Source of the DNA: a virus
Taxonomy: Duplodnaviria; Caudoviricetes
DNA: 64,000 bases
Direction: 5' to 3' (one strand)
Virus record (IMG/VR): IMGVR_UViG_3300033069_001465
Shown: positions 39,919 through 49,692 of the stretch, piece after piece
How the letters are laid out: every line of letters begins with the position of its first letter
Numbering within the stretch: position 1 is the first letter of the stretch
Position numbers and translations under genes: made by a program
The notes under the pieces: generated by a model
Database searches by the model: none
Told to the model about the DNA's origin: nothing
What the model saw: the letters and a program-made list of their open reading frames with translations, nothing else

Positions 39919-40188
39919 TTATAAAGAATATCCAGGATATGTATTTCTAATCTTATTGAAAATTTCTTCTGCATTCTCACCCATTTCATCAAATCGGTCA
40001 TCAATTTTACTATCAAATTCTTTTTCATACCAATCTAATAATTCATTAGCTGCCCAGAAACATTCTGCAGGTGCCTCGCTTCCCCAGCTATAAAATAGTG
40101 TTTTTAAGGCTTTGATAAAATCTTCTTTATATTCACACCCCGTTTCTTTTCCAGAATATCTTTCATTAAACTTATTTAAATGTTTCAT
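39919..40188 (-). CDS. Tagged small protein (MKHLNKFNER...)
   Basis: Tag; TAATATATA box upstream. Confidence 0.72.
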   Translation of the reverse strand: MKHLNKFNERYSGKETGCEYKEDFIKALKTLFYSWGSEAPAECFWAANELLDWYEKEFDSKIDDRFDEMGENAEEIFNKIRNTYPGYSL

Positions 40189-40212
40189 TAATTATATATT
40201 AAGATGTAAATA

Positions 40213-41322
40213 TTAAAAACCTATATCTAAAATAGATAAAATCTCTTTTTCAATATCATTTATATAGTATGGTATTCTAAGTAGAAAAATATTATTATCA
40301 TCACAATATTTTTCTTTTGCTCTATCTCTGTCCTTCCTTTTGTTAAAATTTTCCTCACCACCAAAATATTCAACTATTTCAAAATGTTGAATTCCATCAT
40401 ATTCTATACAAGTATTGTAATCTTGTAAATAAAAATCAAATTTTAATTTATTTATATACATACAATCATCAAATATTTTTTGAAATTCGTAATTTATATT
40501 ATGTTTTTGTAATATAACAGATATTTTTCTTTCACCAATTGTTATATTACACTCCGGACATCCATATCCCATTTTGTGTTCATGTGGAGCTTGTTTAAAC
40601 AATCCATGATTTGGGCAAATTATATTAACCTTTGATTTAGCATTTATATATTCGACATTTGAATAATCATAAAAATTACCATGTATATTTTTTGATGATT
40701 TAATAAATTCTTCAGTCGTGAGTGTATATTTTTTTGAAAATCCTTCAAATCTACATTTTTTACATTCAACATTTGAATATAAATGATTTGAAGCTCTTAT
40801 ATTAAATTCTCCATGTTTTTTACAAATGATTGTTACTTTTGAATCAGATCTAGTATACTTTACTTTTGAATAGTCATATTTTTCACCATATTTCATTTTG
40901 GCCTTCTCTATAAATAAATTGGTTCTTTTGTCTATGTCTTCATTGCTTATTTTATAATTTTCACTTTTACACTTTTTACATGAAACACCATTTAAATGTG
41001 CAATTGATGATATATAGAAATTACCATGCTTTTTACAGGTTATTTTTATTTTAGATGTGTTATTTTTATAATTACTAATATCATATGTATATTCATTACC
41101 ATATTTTTCTAAAAATTTTGATAAAATGATTGATTTGTTTGATCGATTTTCATAGGCGCATTTTCTACATATTCCACCCTTAAGTAATACGTCACTTCTT
41201 ATACTAATTACTCCATGCTTTTTGCAAATTATATCTACATATGATTTACTTTTCACCTTATCAGGCAAAAGAGAATAATCATACTCTTTAGTTAATCTAT
41301 TAATAAAATTTATTTTATCCAT
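40213..41322 (-). mobile_element. Homing-endonuclease-like gene with four YDYS..CxxHG..CxxC repeats (DUF723-like) and a C-terminal PD-(D/E)xK (Vsr-like) domain
   Basis: Repeated ICKKHG...C..C; LKFDFYL...CIEYDGIQHF...LLRIPY. Confidence 0.82.
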
Positions 41323-41387
41323 TTAACTATATATATTAAAAAACTAAATCTAATTTTTAATATATATAATTAAAATAAACTATATAA

Positions 41388-42509
41388 ATGGGTAAAATTT
41401 TATTAATAGGCGACTCTCATCTTGGTATGTCTTTTCCAAATAATTATATAAAGTGGTTAAACACTTCTAAACAATATTTTGATGAGTTCTTAATTCCTTT
41501 AATAAAAAAGGAACTTACTAAAGATGATATAGTTATTCATCTCGGAGATTTGCTAGATAATAGGAGTTTTATTCCTATTGATGTTTTAAATTATGCACAA
41601 AAAATAGTTGAAGAAATTTCAAAAATTTGCACATTACACATACTTGTTGGTAATCATGACTGTTGGCACAAAAGTTCTAGTGAAATCAATAGTATAAGTA
41701 CATTTAAATACATACCAAATGTATTTGTATATGATAAATCTAAGGTAATAAACTATTTAGGAAAAAAAATTTTAATGATGCCTTTTATCGAAAAAAGAAA
41801 TGAACAGGTTGAATTACTTAAGCAACATAAGGGTGCGGATTATTTATTTTGTCACTCTGATTTAAATGGTGCCAAAATGCACCTAACATCAGTAGCACAT
41901 AAAAATACTGACAAAATAGACATTGAAGAATTTAAAGGATATAAAAAAGTCTATAGTGGTCATATTCATATTTTAGATCGACACAAAAATTTTACTTTTG
42001 TTGGAAATAATTTTGAAATGGATAGAAATGATAGAGAGAATCAAAAAGGTGTATTTATTTTAGATGTTATAGAAGGAACCGAAACATTCATACCAAACTT
42101 AATTTCGCCTAAGTTTAAGAGGGTTTATGTTATGAATGAGGGCGATATAGACTCTTTAGATAAGGTGTCTACAAAAGACTATATTGACTTATACATATCA
42201 AATTCACTTTTAGTTAGTAATCGTAAATTAAGAAGAAAATTAGAAATTCTTTTAGAGACAGGAAACTTTGCCTCTGTTGAATATGTTGATGATATCAATA
42301 CGACGGATGCTGAGACTGATGAAGATATTAAACAAAGTATTATTAATGAAAATTTAGATGAGAGTATTCCTACAATACAACTCGAATATAAAGAAGTTAT
42401 TAGAGAGTATATTTTAGCACAATCATATGAAAATGAAAAGATTAAAAATGGTATTGTTCAAGAATACAATGAGATAATTAAAATCTATGATGAGGGGTAT
42501 AAAAAATAA
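41388..42509 (+). CDS. gp47: Recombination endonuclease subunit Mre11/SbcD (T4 gp47-like)
   Basis: GDSHLG, HLGDLLDNR, VGNHD, CHSD, SGHIH metallophosphoesterase motifs. Confidence 0.9.
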   Translation: MGKILLIGDSHLGMSFPNNYIKWLNTSKQYFDEFLIPLIKKELTKDDIVIHLGDLLDNRSFIPIDVLNYAQKIVEEISKICTLHILVGNHDCWHKSSSEINSISTFKYIPNVFVYDKSKVINYLGKKILMMPFIEKRNEQVELLKQHKGADYLFCHSDLNGAKMHLTSVAHKNTDKIDIEEFKGYKKVYSGHIHILDRHKNFTFVGNNFEMDRNDRENQKGVFILDVIEGTETFIPNLISPKFKRVYVMNEGDIDSLDKVSTKDYIDLYISNSLLVSNRKLRRKLEILLETGNFASVEYVDDINTTDAETDEDIKQSIINENLDESIPTIQLEYKEVIREYILAQSYENEKIKNGIVQEYNEIIKIYDEGYKK

Positions 42510-43049
42510 TTAATTATAATAGTATCCTTCAGCACCATGTGGCATTCCAGGCATTCTAATATTTAGATTTGTTCCCCTTTCAATAATATCACAAATAAAG
42601 TTGAGTAGTCCATCAATTTGATCACATTTGTAAAATGTTATTGGTGTAGTCCTATCTGGTATATAATAGCTATATTTAACATAGAACCATCCATCCTCAT
42701 TTTGGGTAATATTCATATCTACATCAAAGAATACATATTTGTTATCTATAATTCCTTTCTTTTTATATTTTAGAATAATAGTATCAAATATATCAGAATT
42801 ATCATAATCTCCATCATTTAAGTCATCATAGTTTAGTAATTTACCATGTCTATCCATAACTACATTTATACATTTTGTTTCACTATCTTCTATAAAGTCT
42901 GTATTTTTATAATCATTAAGTATTTCTGATATTCTACTAGTATATTTCTTTGAGAAGTCCTGTAGACTTTTATAACTTTCCTTATATTCATTATAATCTA
43001 TCTCTGTATATAATTTAGAGTGATCTTCAAATAATTTTAAGTATTTCAT
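42510..43049 (-). CDS. Tagged DEWF...YKCDQ family protein (MKYLKLFED...)
   Basis: DGWFYV...FYKCDQIDGLLNFI. Confidence 0.78.
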   Translation of the reverse strand: MKYLKLFEDHSKLYTEIDYNEYKESYKSLQDFSKKYTSRISEILNDYKNTDFIEDSETKCINVVMDRHGKLLNYDDLNDGDYDNSDIFDTIILKYKKKGIIDNKYVFFDVDMNITQNEDGWFYVKYSYYIPDRTTPITFYKCDQIDGLLNFICDIIERGTNLNIRMPGMPHGAEGYYYN

Positions 43050-43050
43050 A

Positions 43051-43512
43051 TTAGTCGTATGTAGGATCTATCTCCCAGTTAAAAGTATAACCAGGTATTA
43101 TTCGATGTATTATATCATAATACACATCATATGAAAAATCTGCCCAATTTGTATTATCTCTATCCCTTTTATAGAATTCGGCTCCAACCGATCCGTCCGG
43201 AGATAATGCCCAATTCATATCTGAAATATTTTTACTTATCATACTGAATCCAATAATAAATATCGATCCGTCATTAAACACTAAGTGGATACCTATTGTC
43301 GGCTTCCATTCTGTATGTGGAGAATCCATACCAAAAAATTTATAATATTTATTAGCCCATTCTCTATTTAGTGGACCACCAGCCCATTGATTTACACGTT
43401 TATGCATGTATCCAATAGATACTTCAACATTATCTAAATGCAAGTATAAAAAATCAGATAGGGATAATTTTTCTGAAATTGCCTCATTATATTGTAAAAA
43501 TGTTTTAATCAT
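43051..43512 (-). CDS. Tagged hypothetical protein (MIKTFLQYNEA...)
   Basis: Tag variant. Confidence 0.72.
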   Translation of the reverse strand: MIKTFLQYNEAISEKLSLSDFLYLHLDNVEVSIGYMHKRVNQWAGGPLNREWANKYYKFFGMDSPHTEWKPTIGIHLVFNDGSIFIIGFSMISKNISDMNWALSPDGSVGAEFYKRDRDNTNWADFSYDVYYDIIHRIIPGYTFNWEIDPTYD

Positions 43513-44596
43513 TTAGATAAGTGAGTTCAATTTTTTGAGGTGTTGCATGATGCCTCTGCTTAGCCTCTTTAAATACCTTCTCAAACTTCTCTGTATAATT
43601 ACTTAGTGACTTAGGCATTCTATCTATTATTCCGGTTGACATATAAGCCTGTATCTCATCATTTAAAACCGATTCATTATACCCAATCCCAATAATTACA
43701 TCAGAGATTGCTTTTTTCTCTTCCTTTGGTAATGAATTGACTAAATTATTCATCTTTGTTCTATATTCTTTATCTGTATAATAAAATCCATGTGCTAATT
43801 CATGGTCTAATAAATCACTATTAACATCTAGTTCATCTACACCAATTATGTAATATTTATCATTTTCTCTTTCTTTAATCTCAGTGATAATAGATACCAT
43901 TAGATCGTCATATCTATTTGGATCATCAACTTCCTCCATACACTTCTCAATAGATTCTGAAGGTATATTAAATCCACTCCAATCACTTCCATAAGTGAAA
44001 ACATCTTTTTCACCAGTTGGACCTTCGGAGCTTTTATACCATTGAATATATCTATCCCATGTAAATTTATTTCCTTGAAATTCATTTGATGATGATTCAT
44101 AATATTCTTGTAATCTTAAGAAGGTAAATGCTCTTAGTTGTTGTGATTCAATAACAACACAATAGATACCATCAGCGACTTTATATAATTCTACTTGTTT
44201 AAATAGATTTTCTAAATTGTAAGTTAGTAATGCTTCTTTAATAGTTTTTGATTCTGGATTATTTGATATTCCGATTTTAAAATTATCAGGAGCATTCGGA
44301 TAATCATGAATTATAGTATACATGTCAAATTTTTCTAACCTTAGTTTAAATTTTTCTAATTCTTTTAGAAAATTAGAAACATTATCTATCCCACATTTAA
44401 CATCAATGACATAATCACCATGTATATTTTTGAAAATATTATAATATTTATCAATCGACTCATCAATTGTCTTATTCATGATTTCCTCGGAAGTCATTTC
44501 AGGTATATCGAATTTATCTACTATTTCTAAGAATAAATCTGATATATCTTCTGGATTAAATGCATTAAAATTTTCAAATAGTTTTAAATATTTCAT
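43505..44596 (-). CDS. Tagged two-domain protein: IEDxFLE-family domain + KTIKEA junction + HEXXH metallopeptidase domain
   Basis: MKYLKLFENF; EDISDLFLEI; FLRLQEYYES..WSGFNIPS..LLDHELAHG..DEIQAYM. Confidence 0.75.
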   Translation of the reverse strand: MKYLKLFENFNAFNPEDISDLFLEIVDKFDIPEMTSEEIMNKTIDESIDKYYNIFKNIHGDYVIDVKCGIDNVSNFLKELEKFKLRLEKFDMYTIIHDYPNAPDNFKIGISNNPESKTIKEALLTYNLENLFKQVELYKVADGIYCVVIESQQLRAFTFLRLQEYYESSSNEFQGNKFTWDRYIQWYKSSEGPTGEKDVFTYGSDWSGFNIPSESIEKCMEEVDDPNRYDDLMVSIITEIKERENDKYYIIGVDELDVNSDLLDHELAHGFYYTDKEYRTKMNNLVNSLPKEEKKAISDVIIGIGYNESVLNDEIQAYMSTGIIDRMPKSLSNYTEKFEKVFKEAKQRHHATPQKIELTYLND

Positions 44597-44886
44597 ATTG
44601 ATTGTAAAAAATTTTGGACCTCTATGAATTCGTCAGCTATATAATATTCTGCATCATGTTCAGTAAATATTATAAACCAACTATCACATAACTTACTTAT
44701 TAAAATATTGTCTTTGATATATATTGAGCTCTTAGCTAATTTTATGTCTGAAAATTTTGAACATATCCATTTTATCTCGTTTTCAGATAGCTTTTCTCTT
44801 TTAAAAAAGTTCAATTTATCTGTAGCTTCTTCTTGGCTACATCTCTTTGGCATTCTATTTGATTCAAATAACTTTAGATATTTCAT
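44593..44886 (-). CDS. Tagged small protein, divergent DEWF/YKCDQ-family member
   Basis: MKYLKLFES; KLCDSWFII...YYIADEFIEVQNFL. Confidence 0.72.
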   Translation of the reverse strand: MKYLKLFESNRMPKRCSQEEATDKLNFFKREKLSENEIKWICSKFSDIKLAKSSIYIKDNILISKLCDSWFIIFTEHDAEYYIADEFIEVQNFLQSI

Positions 44887-45221
44887 AGATTATTTATTTT
44901 TTGTAATAATCTATCAATTTCGGCATTTTTAGGAATTTCTTTACATATCCAATTAATAACATCAACTGGATTCTCACCCTCTACTATCCTATGCATGAAC
45001 TCTTTATATAAATCATCATCCTCATCAATTACTTCCTTTATTTCTATTTTAAGAGCATTAAAACAAGACCAAAAGCAATCATCCTCACCCATTAATCCAT
45101 TAGTAACAATTTCTGAAAATTGTTTTTCTAATCGTGTTTGCTTGCCAAAATGTTGTTCGACTCTGCTTAATGGTTCATCATCATATGGATTAAATGCTTC
45201 AAATAGTTTTAAATATTTCAT
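44883..45221 (-). CDS. Tagged hypothetical protein (MKYLKLFEAF...)
   Basis: Tag; ATGA overlaps on both sides. Confidence 0.75.
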   Translation of the reverse strand: MKYLKLFEAFNPYDDEPLSRVEQHFGKQTRLEKQFSEIVTNGLMGEDDCFWSCFNALKIEIKEVIDEDDDLYKEFMHRIVEGENPVDVINWICKEIPKNAEIDRLLQKINNL

Positions 45222-45592
45222 TCTATAATTTCAATTTTTATTAATATTTTGTTACCTCTCTCCACTATTCCATATAATTTAGACTTTAAACTAAATCTAT
45301 TTGCAACCTTATTAACATCATTAAGAAATTCACTAACAACATTAGTATCACTATCTATGATAGATGAAACTATATATCCAGGTTTTTTTCTATAAATATA
45401 AGAGTCGGGATATCCAGAATTATTAACACCATTTTTAATATGATATGATCTACTAACACCATCATCTTTTCTATAAACTGCATTAGTTTTTTTCACAGAT
45501 ACTTTCCATTTACTATCTACTAGTTCAAGAAAGTAGTCTTCTATTAAATCAACTGGAGATACCTCATTCTCAAATGTTTTAATATATTTCAT
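45218..45592 (-). CDS. Tagged IEDYFLEL-family protein (MKYIKTFEN...)
   Basis: DLIEDYFLELVD...PGYIV. Confidence 0.75.
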   Translation of the reverse strand: MKYIKTFENEVSPVDLIEDYFLELVDSKWKVSVKKTNAVYRKDDGVSRSYHIKNGVNNSGYPDSYIYRKKPGYIVSSIIDSDTNVVSEFLNDVNKVANRFSLKSKLYGIVERGNKILIKIEIIE

Positions 45593-45937
45593 TTATCTCA
45601 TTAATTTTCCATCTATTATTAGATATAATTCAAGAGTTTCTAAATAAAATTCTTGGCCATCTATTATACATCTATCTGAATTTCCATGTTCTGTCTCTTC
45701 AACATTATTAGGGGCAACAATATTACCTGGATAATTTGGATGTTTATTTATTGAAAAGTTTCTATCAAAGTCTTCCTTATTAGTGAAATTAAAAACTTGA
45801 CAATATTGATCTTCTTTTGAAATATAGAATACGGTCCATCCTTTATAATGTTTTAACTTCTCAACAGTTATGTCAAAGAAATCAAAGCTCTCATATCTTA
45901 AATTAGATATACCTTCATTAAATCTTCTAATTTTCAT
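45593..45937 (-). CDS. Tagged hypothetical protein (MKIRRFNEG...)
   Basis: Tag variant. Confidence 0.72.
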   Translation of the reverse strand: MKIRRFNEGISNLRYESFDFFDITVEKLKHYKGWTVFYISKEDQYCQVFNFTNKEDFDRNFSINKHPNYPGNIVAPNNVEETEHGNSDRCIIDGQEFYLETLELYLIIDGKLMR

Positions 45938-46360
45938 TTATATAAAAAATTTTAAGTTTCCAGATTTTGGTGGAAATTCATCAAAATCAATTTCGTCATA
46001 TCCACCTTTATTCCATAATAATGTGAATACTTCAGGATGTGTATGTCCATGTTCATTTCTTGTTATTCTTAGTGCATATGTTCCTTCAACTTGTGGATCT
46101 GGATAGACTTCTATTTTATTTGATGGATTATTTACATTAACATACATTTCTAATTCCTTAATAGCTTCTTTTGGAAGTATTTTATCGGTATACTTGGACC
46201 AAGGAGCCTCAGCACCATCATTGCCTAAATAGTTGTTATATTTACCATCACATTCGGAACAGCAACAATCTTGGAACTTTTTCTCTGGTGTAAATTTTTT
46301 ATAACACCACTTACACTCTTTTTCTTCCTCAAAATTTTCAAATAGTTTAATGTGTCTCAT
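45938..46360 (-). CDS. Tagged protein with a Zn-finger (MRHIKLFENF...)
   Basis: CKWCYKKF.......CCCSEC. Confidence 0.75.
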   Translation of the reverse strand: MRHIKLFENFEEEKECKWCYKKFTPEKKFQDCCCSECDGKYNNYLGNDGAEAPWSKYTDKILPKEAIKELEMYVNVNNPSNKIEVYPDPQVEGTYALRITRNEHGHTHPEVFTLLWNKGGYDEIDFDEFPPKSGNLKFFI

Positions 46361-46361
46361 A

Positions 46362-46964
46362 TTATTTTCTAAATTTATTTGGAAATAAGTTTCTTAACTC
46401 ATGTCCTTGTGGTATATCTGATTTTCTAATTCCAAATATCTTTTCTTCTGGGCAGGTGTCTTTTCCATCTATATAAAAATTATTATTACAAGCCCATGTT
46501 TCTACGCTTCTATTTAATACCTGACCTACTAAAAATGGAAATCTAACATGAACATGATTAGGCTTCTCAATTCTTGTTATTCTTCCATCTGGAGTTTTAT
46601 ATACATTAAAAGCTTGGGTTTGATTCCTTTTACTAACAAATTTAACTAATATTTCATTGGATTTGGATTCCATTAAATATCCCTCATCATCACCCTTCTC
46701 TAATATTTGTGCATCTAATGCTGCTGAGAGAGGTATTATATGTCCTTCTCCCTCATCTCCCATATATCTTTGACCTTCATCTTCGGATACAACATATCCA
46801 TCTGATGTTAAAGTAACTACATAAAGTGTTCCATACTTTTTAAAATGAACTAAATCACCAGGCCCAATATCTTCATTCTCATCAGTTTCCCAATCAGATT
46901 CGCGCATTTTACCATCCTTATCTACATATAACGCGAACTCTTTAAATAATTTAATATTTTTCAT
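46362..46964 (-). CDS. Tagged two-domain protein (MKNIKLFKEF...; internal YLMES junction)
   Basis: Tag; TTATATATA box 4 nt upstream; first gene of the 9-gene minus-strand tagged array. Confidence 0.75.
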   Translation of the reverse strand: MKNIKLFKEFALYVDKDGKMRESDWETDENEDIGPGDLVHFKKYGTLYVVTLTSDGYVVSEDEGQRYMGDEGEGHIIPLSAALDAQILEKGDDEGYLMESKSNEILVKFVSKRNQTQAFNVYKTPDGRITRIEKPNHVHVRFPFLVGQVLNRSVETWACNNNFYIDGKDTCPEEKIFGIRKSDIPQGHELRNLFPNKFRK

Positions 46965-46975
46965 AATGTATATAT

Positions 46976-47006
46976 AAAAAAAAGAGTCAGAAAAATCTGA
47001 CTCTTT
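46976..47006 (-). terminator. Intrinsic terminator after the RHH gene
   Basis: AAAGAGTCAGA-AAAA-TCTGACTCTTT with a T run on the minus strand. Confidence 0.8.
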
Positions 47007-47160
47007 ACTCCTTATCCTTATTTTGATCCATATACTTTTTAATTAGGTATTCTATTAGCTTGGATTTGTCTAAAAGTTTGATATCTATATGATTTATAAA
47101 TTCTTTATATAGATCTGGATCTATCGTAAAAAATACTTTAACTTTTTTGCTCTTTTTCAT
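47005..47160 (-). CDS. Small ribbon-helix-helix DNA-binding protein (51 aa: MKKSKKVKVFFTIDPDLYKEFINHIDIKLLDKSKLIEYLIKKYMDQNKDKE)
   Basis: Manually translated (below the ORF-track cutoff). Alternating beta strand KVKVFFTID, helix PDLYKEF, turn and helix KSKLIEYLIKKY are typical of Arc/MetJ/CopG. It has its own TAATATATA box and terminator. Confidence 0.75.
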   Translation of the reverse strand: MKKSKKVKVFFTIDPDLYKEFINHIDIKLLDKSKLIEYLIKKYMDQNKDKE

Positions 47161-47192
47161 ATAAGAGTATATATTAGAATATTAGTTTTCTT

Positions 47193-47230
47193 AAAGTAGA
47201 AAAAGTAGAAAAAGTAGAAAAAGTAGAAAA
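47193..47230. repeat. Four tandem 9-bp direct repeats (AAAGTAGAA), candidate RHH operator
   Basis: aaagtagaa x4 between the divergent promoter boxes of the RHH and MTase genes. Confidence 0.85.
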
Positions 47231-47264
47231 TAAATTTTAATATATAGATAAAATAATATTAAAT

Positions 47265-48056
47265 ATGGCTAAAAATAAGAAGCACGAAAATGATAAGTTT
47301 TATACCAAATCACATATAGCTAAATCTTTAGTTGACAATTTAGATATATCTAAGTATGATTTAATTATAGAACCATCTGCAGGAAACGGATCCTTTTTTA
47401 ATATTATTGAATCTGATAAAAAAATAGGAATGGATATATTTCCAGAGTGTGATAATATTATAAAAATGGATTGGTTTGAATATAAACCTGATACTAAATT
47501 TAAAAAAATATTAATAATTGGCAATCCACCTTTTGGAAATCAGGGATCTTTGGCTCTAAAATTTATTAAAAAGTGTGATGAAATAGAAGCTGATACAATA
47601 GCATTTATCTTACCTAAATCATTTAAAAAGGATACTTACAAGCGAAAAATACCTAGTAACTATAATTTAATTAGTGAAATTGATTTACATGATGATTCGT
47701 TTACTTTAGAGAATAAAAACTATAATGTGCCATGTGTCTTCCAAGTATGGGAAAGAACAAGCATTAAAAGAGTTGATGAAATTCTAAGGACAACATCACC
47801 CTATATTAGATTTGTAAAAAAATCGGAATCTCCTGATTACGCATTTAGAAGGGTTGGATTTTATGCTGGAAAAATATATATAGATTATTTAAATAAGTCT
47901 GAACAATCTCATTATTTTATTAAATCTGACAGTCATGTTAAAAATATAATCGAGAATATATTATGGAAACATAATAATACATCAGGACCAAGAAGCATTG
48001 GTAAATCAGAACTCATTAAGGCAGTAGAGTCGATTATTTCTGCCTCTGCCAAATAA
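47265..48056 (+). CDS. Amino-DNA methyltransferase (m6A/m4C, gamma-class motif order)
   Basis: DKFYT (motif X), IEPSAGNGSF (motif I), IGNPPFG (motif IV), AFILPKSF. Confidence 0.9.
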   Translation: MAKNKKHENDKFYTKSHIAKSLVDNLDISKYDLIIEPSAGNGSFFNIIESDKKIGMDIFPECDNIIKMDWFEYKPDTKFKKILIIGNPPFGNQGSLALKFIKKCDEIEADTIAFILPKSFKKDTYKRKIPSNYNLISEIDLHDDSFTLENKNYNVPCVFQVWERTSIKRVDEILRTTSPYIRFVKKSESPDYAFRRVGFYAGKIYIDYLNKSEQSHYFIKSDSHVKNIIENILWKHNNTSGPRSIGKSELIKAVESIISASAK

Positions 48057-48576
48057 TTGTATTTTCCTTTAATACAGTTTCTATAAAATTAGTTCTTGAT
48101 ATCCCACATTGAATTCTTTTTTGCTTTTTATGGTCTCTTTTAAATCTAAGTGAGATGATAGAATCTCCATATAACTGTCCCCATTTATGACGAAAATCTC
48201 TCCATTTATTATCGTCACAATGATCGTTCGATATATTTTTCATTTCAGAAAGCATTGATGATACTATAGTTTTATCACCGAAGTATGAAGTCCATTTTTC
48301 AGCAGATATTAATACTTTATACTCCTCAACTATATTAGATGTTGATCCTTTCCAAAACCCAATATATAATACAAAATCATTATTTACCTCTGATTGTCTT
48401 TTAAAATCACCAAAATCAATACTACCTTTAATACCAATACACTTAATAGATGTTGGTTTGTCCGTAGATGGATCATATGCATCCCATTTTCCGGTATAAT
48501 TAGTATCTTCCATTAGTGATTCAGATTCTATTATTGAAACTTGATAGTTAAATCCATGTTTTTGTCTTTCTGCCAT
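48034..48576 (-). CDS. Putative PD-(D/E)xK restriction endonuclease convergent with the MTase
   Basis: QKHGFNYQ helix, KWDAYD..PTSIKC (D...S-I-K), IDFGD; 3' ends overlap with the MTase. Confidence 0.55.
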   Translation of the reverse strand: MAERQKHGFNYQVSIIESESLMEDTNYTGKWDAYDPSTDKPTSIKCIGIKGSIDFGDFKRQSEVNNDFVLYIGFWKGSTSNIVEEYKVLISAEKWTSYFGDKTIVSSMLSEMKNISNDHCDDNKWRDFRHKWGQLYGDSIISLRFKRDHKKQKRIQCGISRTNFIETVLKENTIIWQRQK

Positions 48577-48592
48577 AATTTTGATTTATCTA

Positions 48593-48624
48593 CAAAAGTA
48601 ATAAAAGTTCACGAATTCATCAAA
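48593..48624 (-). promoter_or_regulatory. Bacteroidota-type sigma70 promoter (-33 TTTG, 20-nt spacer, -7 TACTTTTG) upstream of the putative REase
   Basis: Minus strand: TTTG (48624-48621) N20 TACTTTTG (48600-48593), matching the TTTG-N19-21-TAnnTTTG consensus. Confidence 0.6.
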
Positions 48625-48626
48625 TT

Positions 48627-48653
48627 AAAAAACCGATTGATAATCAATCGGTT
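48627..48653 (-). terminator. Intrinsic terminator after 48660..48977
   Basis: AACCGATTGA-TAA-TCAATCGGTT with a T run on the minus strand. Confidence 0.8.
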
Positions 48654-48659
48654 ATAATT

Positions 48660-48977
48660 CTATTCATCCTTTCCATCATCTGGTTCTACGTAGTACTCTA
48701 ACCAAGATTCTCTCTCATCGTTATATACTTGATCAGCTTCGTCACGATCCTCAATTTCATCTTCTTCCATTATCTCATCCACGGTTCTTAATCCGTGTAA
48801 TCCTTCATAACTTTCATATTCCTCAATCGCAGCATAATAAGCTTCTTTTTCGGCCTGATCCTTTGGTCCTGTAAATGTTCTAATGTATTTGGCATTTCCA
48901 AATCCACCACCTAAACCCGCATATATTTTCCATTTTCTAATCTCAGAAAATTCTTCGAATAATTTAATTTTTTTCAT
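48660..48977 (-). CDS. Tagged acidic small protein (MKKIKLFEEF...)
   Basis: Tag; IYAGLGGGFG...YESYEGLHG. Confidence 0.75.
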   Translation of the reverse strand: MKKIKLFEEFSEIRKWKIYAGLGGGFGNAKYIRTFTGPKDQAEKEAYYAAIEEYESYEGLHGLRTVDEIMEEDEIEDRDEADQVYNDERESWLEYYVEPDDGKDE

Positions 48978-48985
48978 AAAATAAT

Positions 48986-49678
48986 TTAATTTTTATACTT
49001 CCATATAAATCCATAAGCTTGCTTATATACTCCATTACAAACTTGTTTAATTGTCTTTCTGTCGAAATTTAGTTCCCTCTTAATTCTTGATACAGAGTCC
49101 CACTCTTTTATGAAGTTACCATTCATATCAAATTGATATAATGGCCTTTTAATTTTGTTTTTTATAGTACTTAGTTTTTCTATAATTTCTATATTAGAAA
49201 ATGATTTTTTAACAGCATTTGACATTTTTTCCTTAGATTCATTCGTATGTTTTTTATCATAAAATGGATTTTTGTCACCAGTAAACATATCTCTTAGTTT
49301 TTTCTTAGTCTCCTCTTTTAAACATTTACCAATTCTACTTTTTGATATTTTTTCCTTTACAGAATCTAATAAAGCTGGATTAGAATCTCCACCTGCTGTT
49401 ATATTAGTAATATTACCAATTTCCCTATATTTTTTAATATACTCAACCTCTAATAAGAGAGACTCTTCATATGTTAGATTATCAACCAAGATTTCTATTA
49501 TTGGCTTACAATTATCATTTGTTAGTTTATTTATCCAATTTGCTTTATGTGTATTTTGACTTTTGGAAGAATTGATATGTTGAGTAAGTCTATACCTCAA
49601 AGGTTTACATGTTATACCAATATATCTTATTTCTAAGGTATATGGACATCTTAGACAATAAAGCTTGTTATTTCTCAT
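48986..49678 (-). mobile_element. GIY-YIG homing endonuclease with NUMOD3/NUMOD1-type DNA-binding modules
   Basis: LYCL...RYIGIT...RLTQH, E..YIKKY..TNITAGG, NPFYDKKHTNESKEKMS, YQFDMNGNFIKEWDS...AYGFIWKY. Confidence 0.88.
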
Positions 49679-49692
49679 TATTTTAGTTTATT

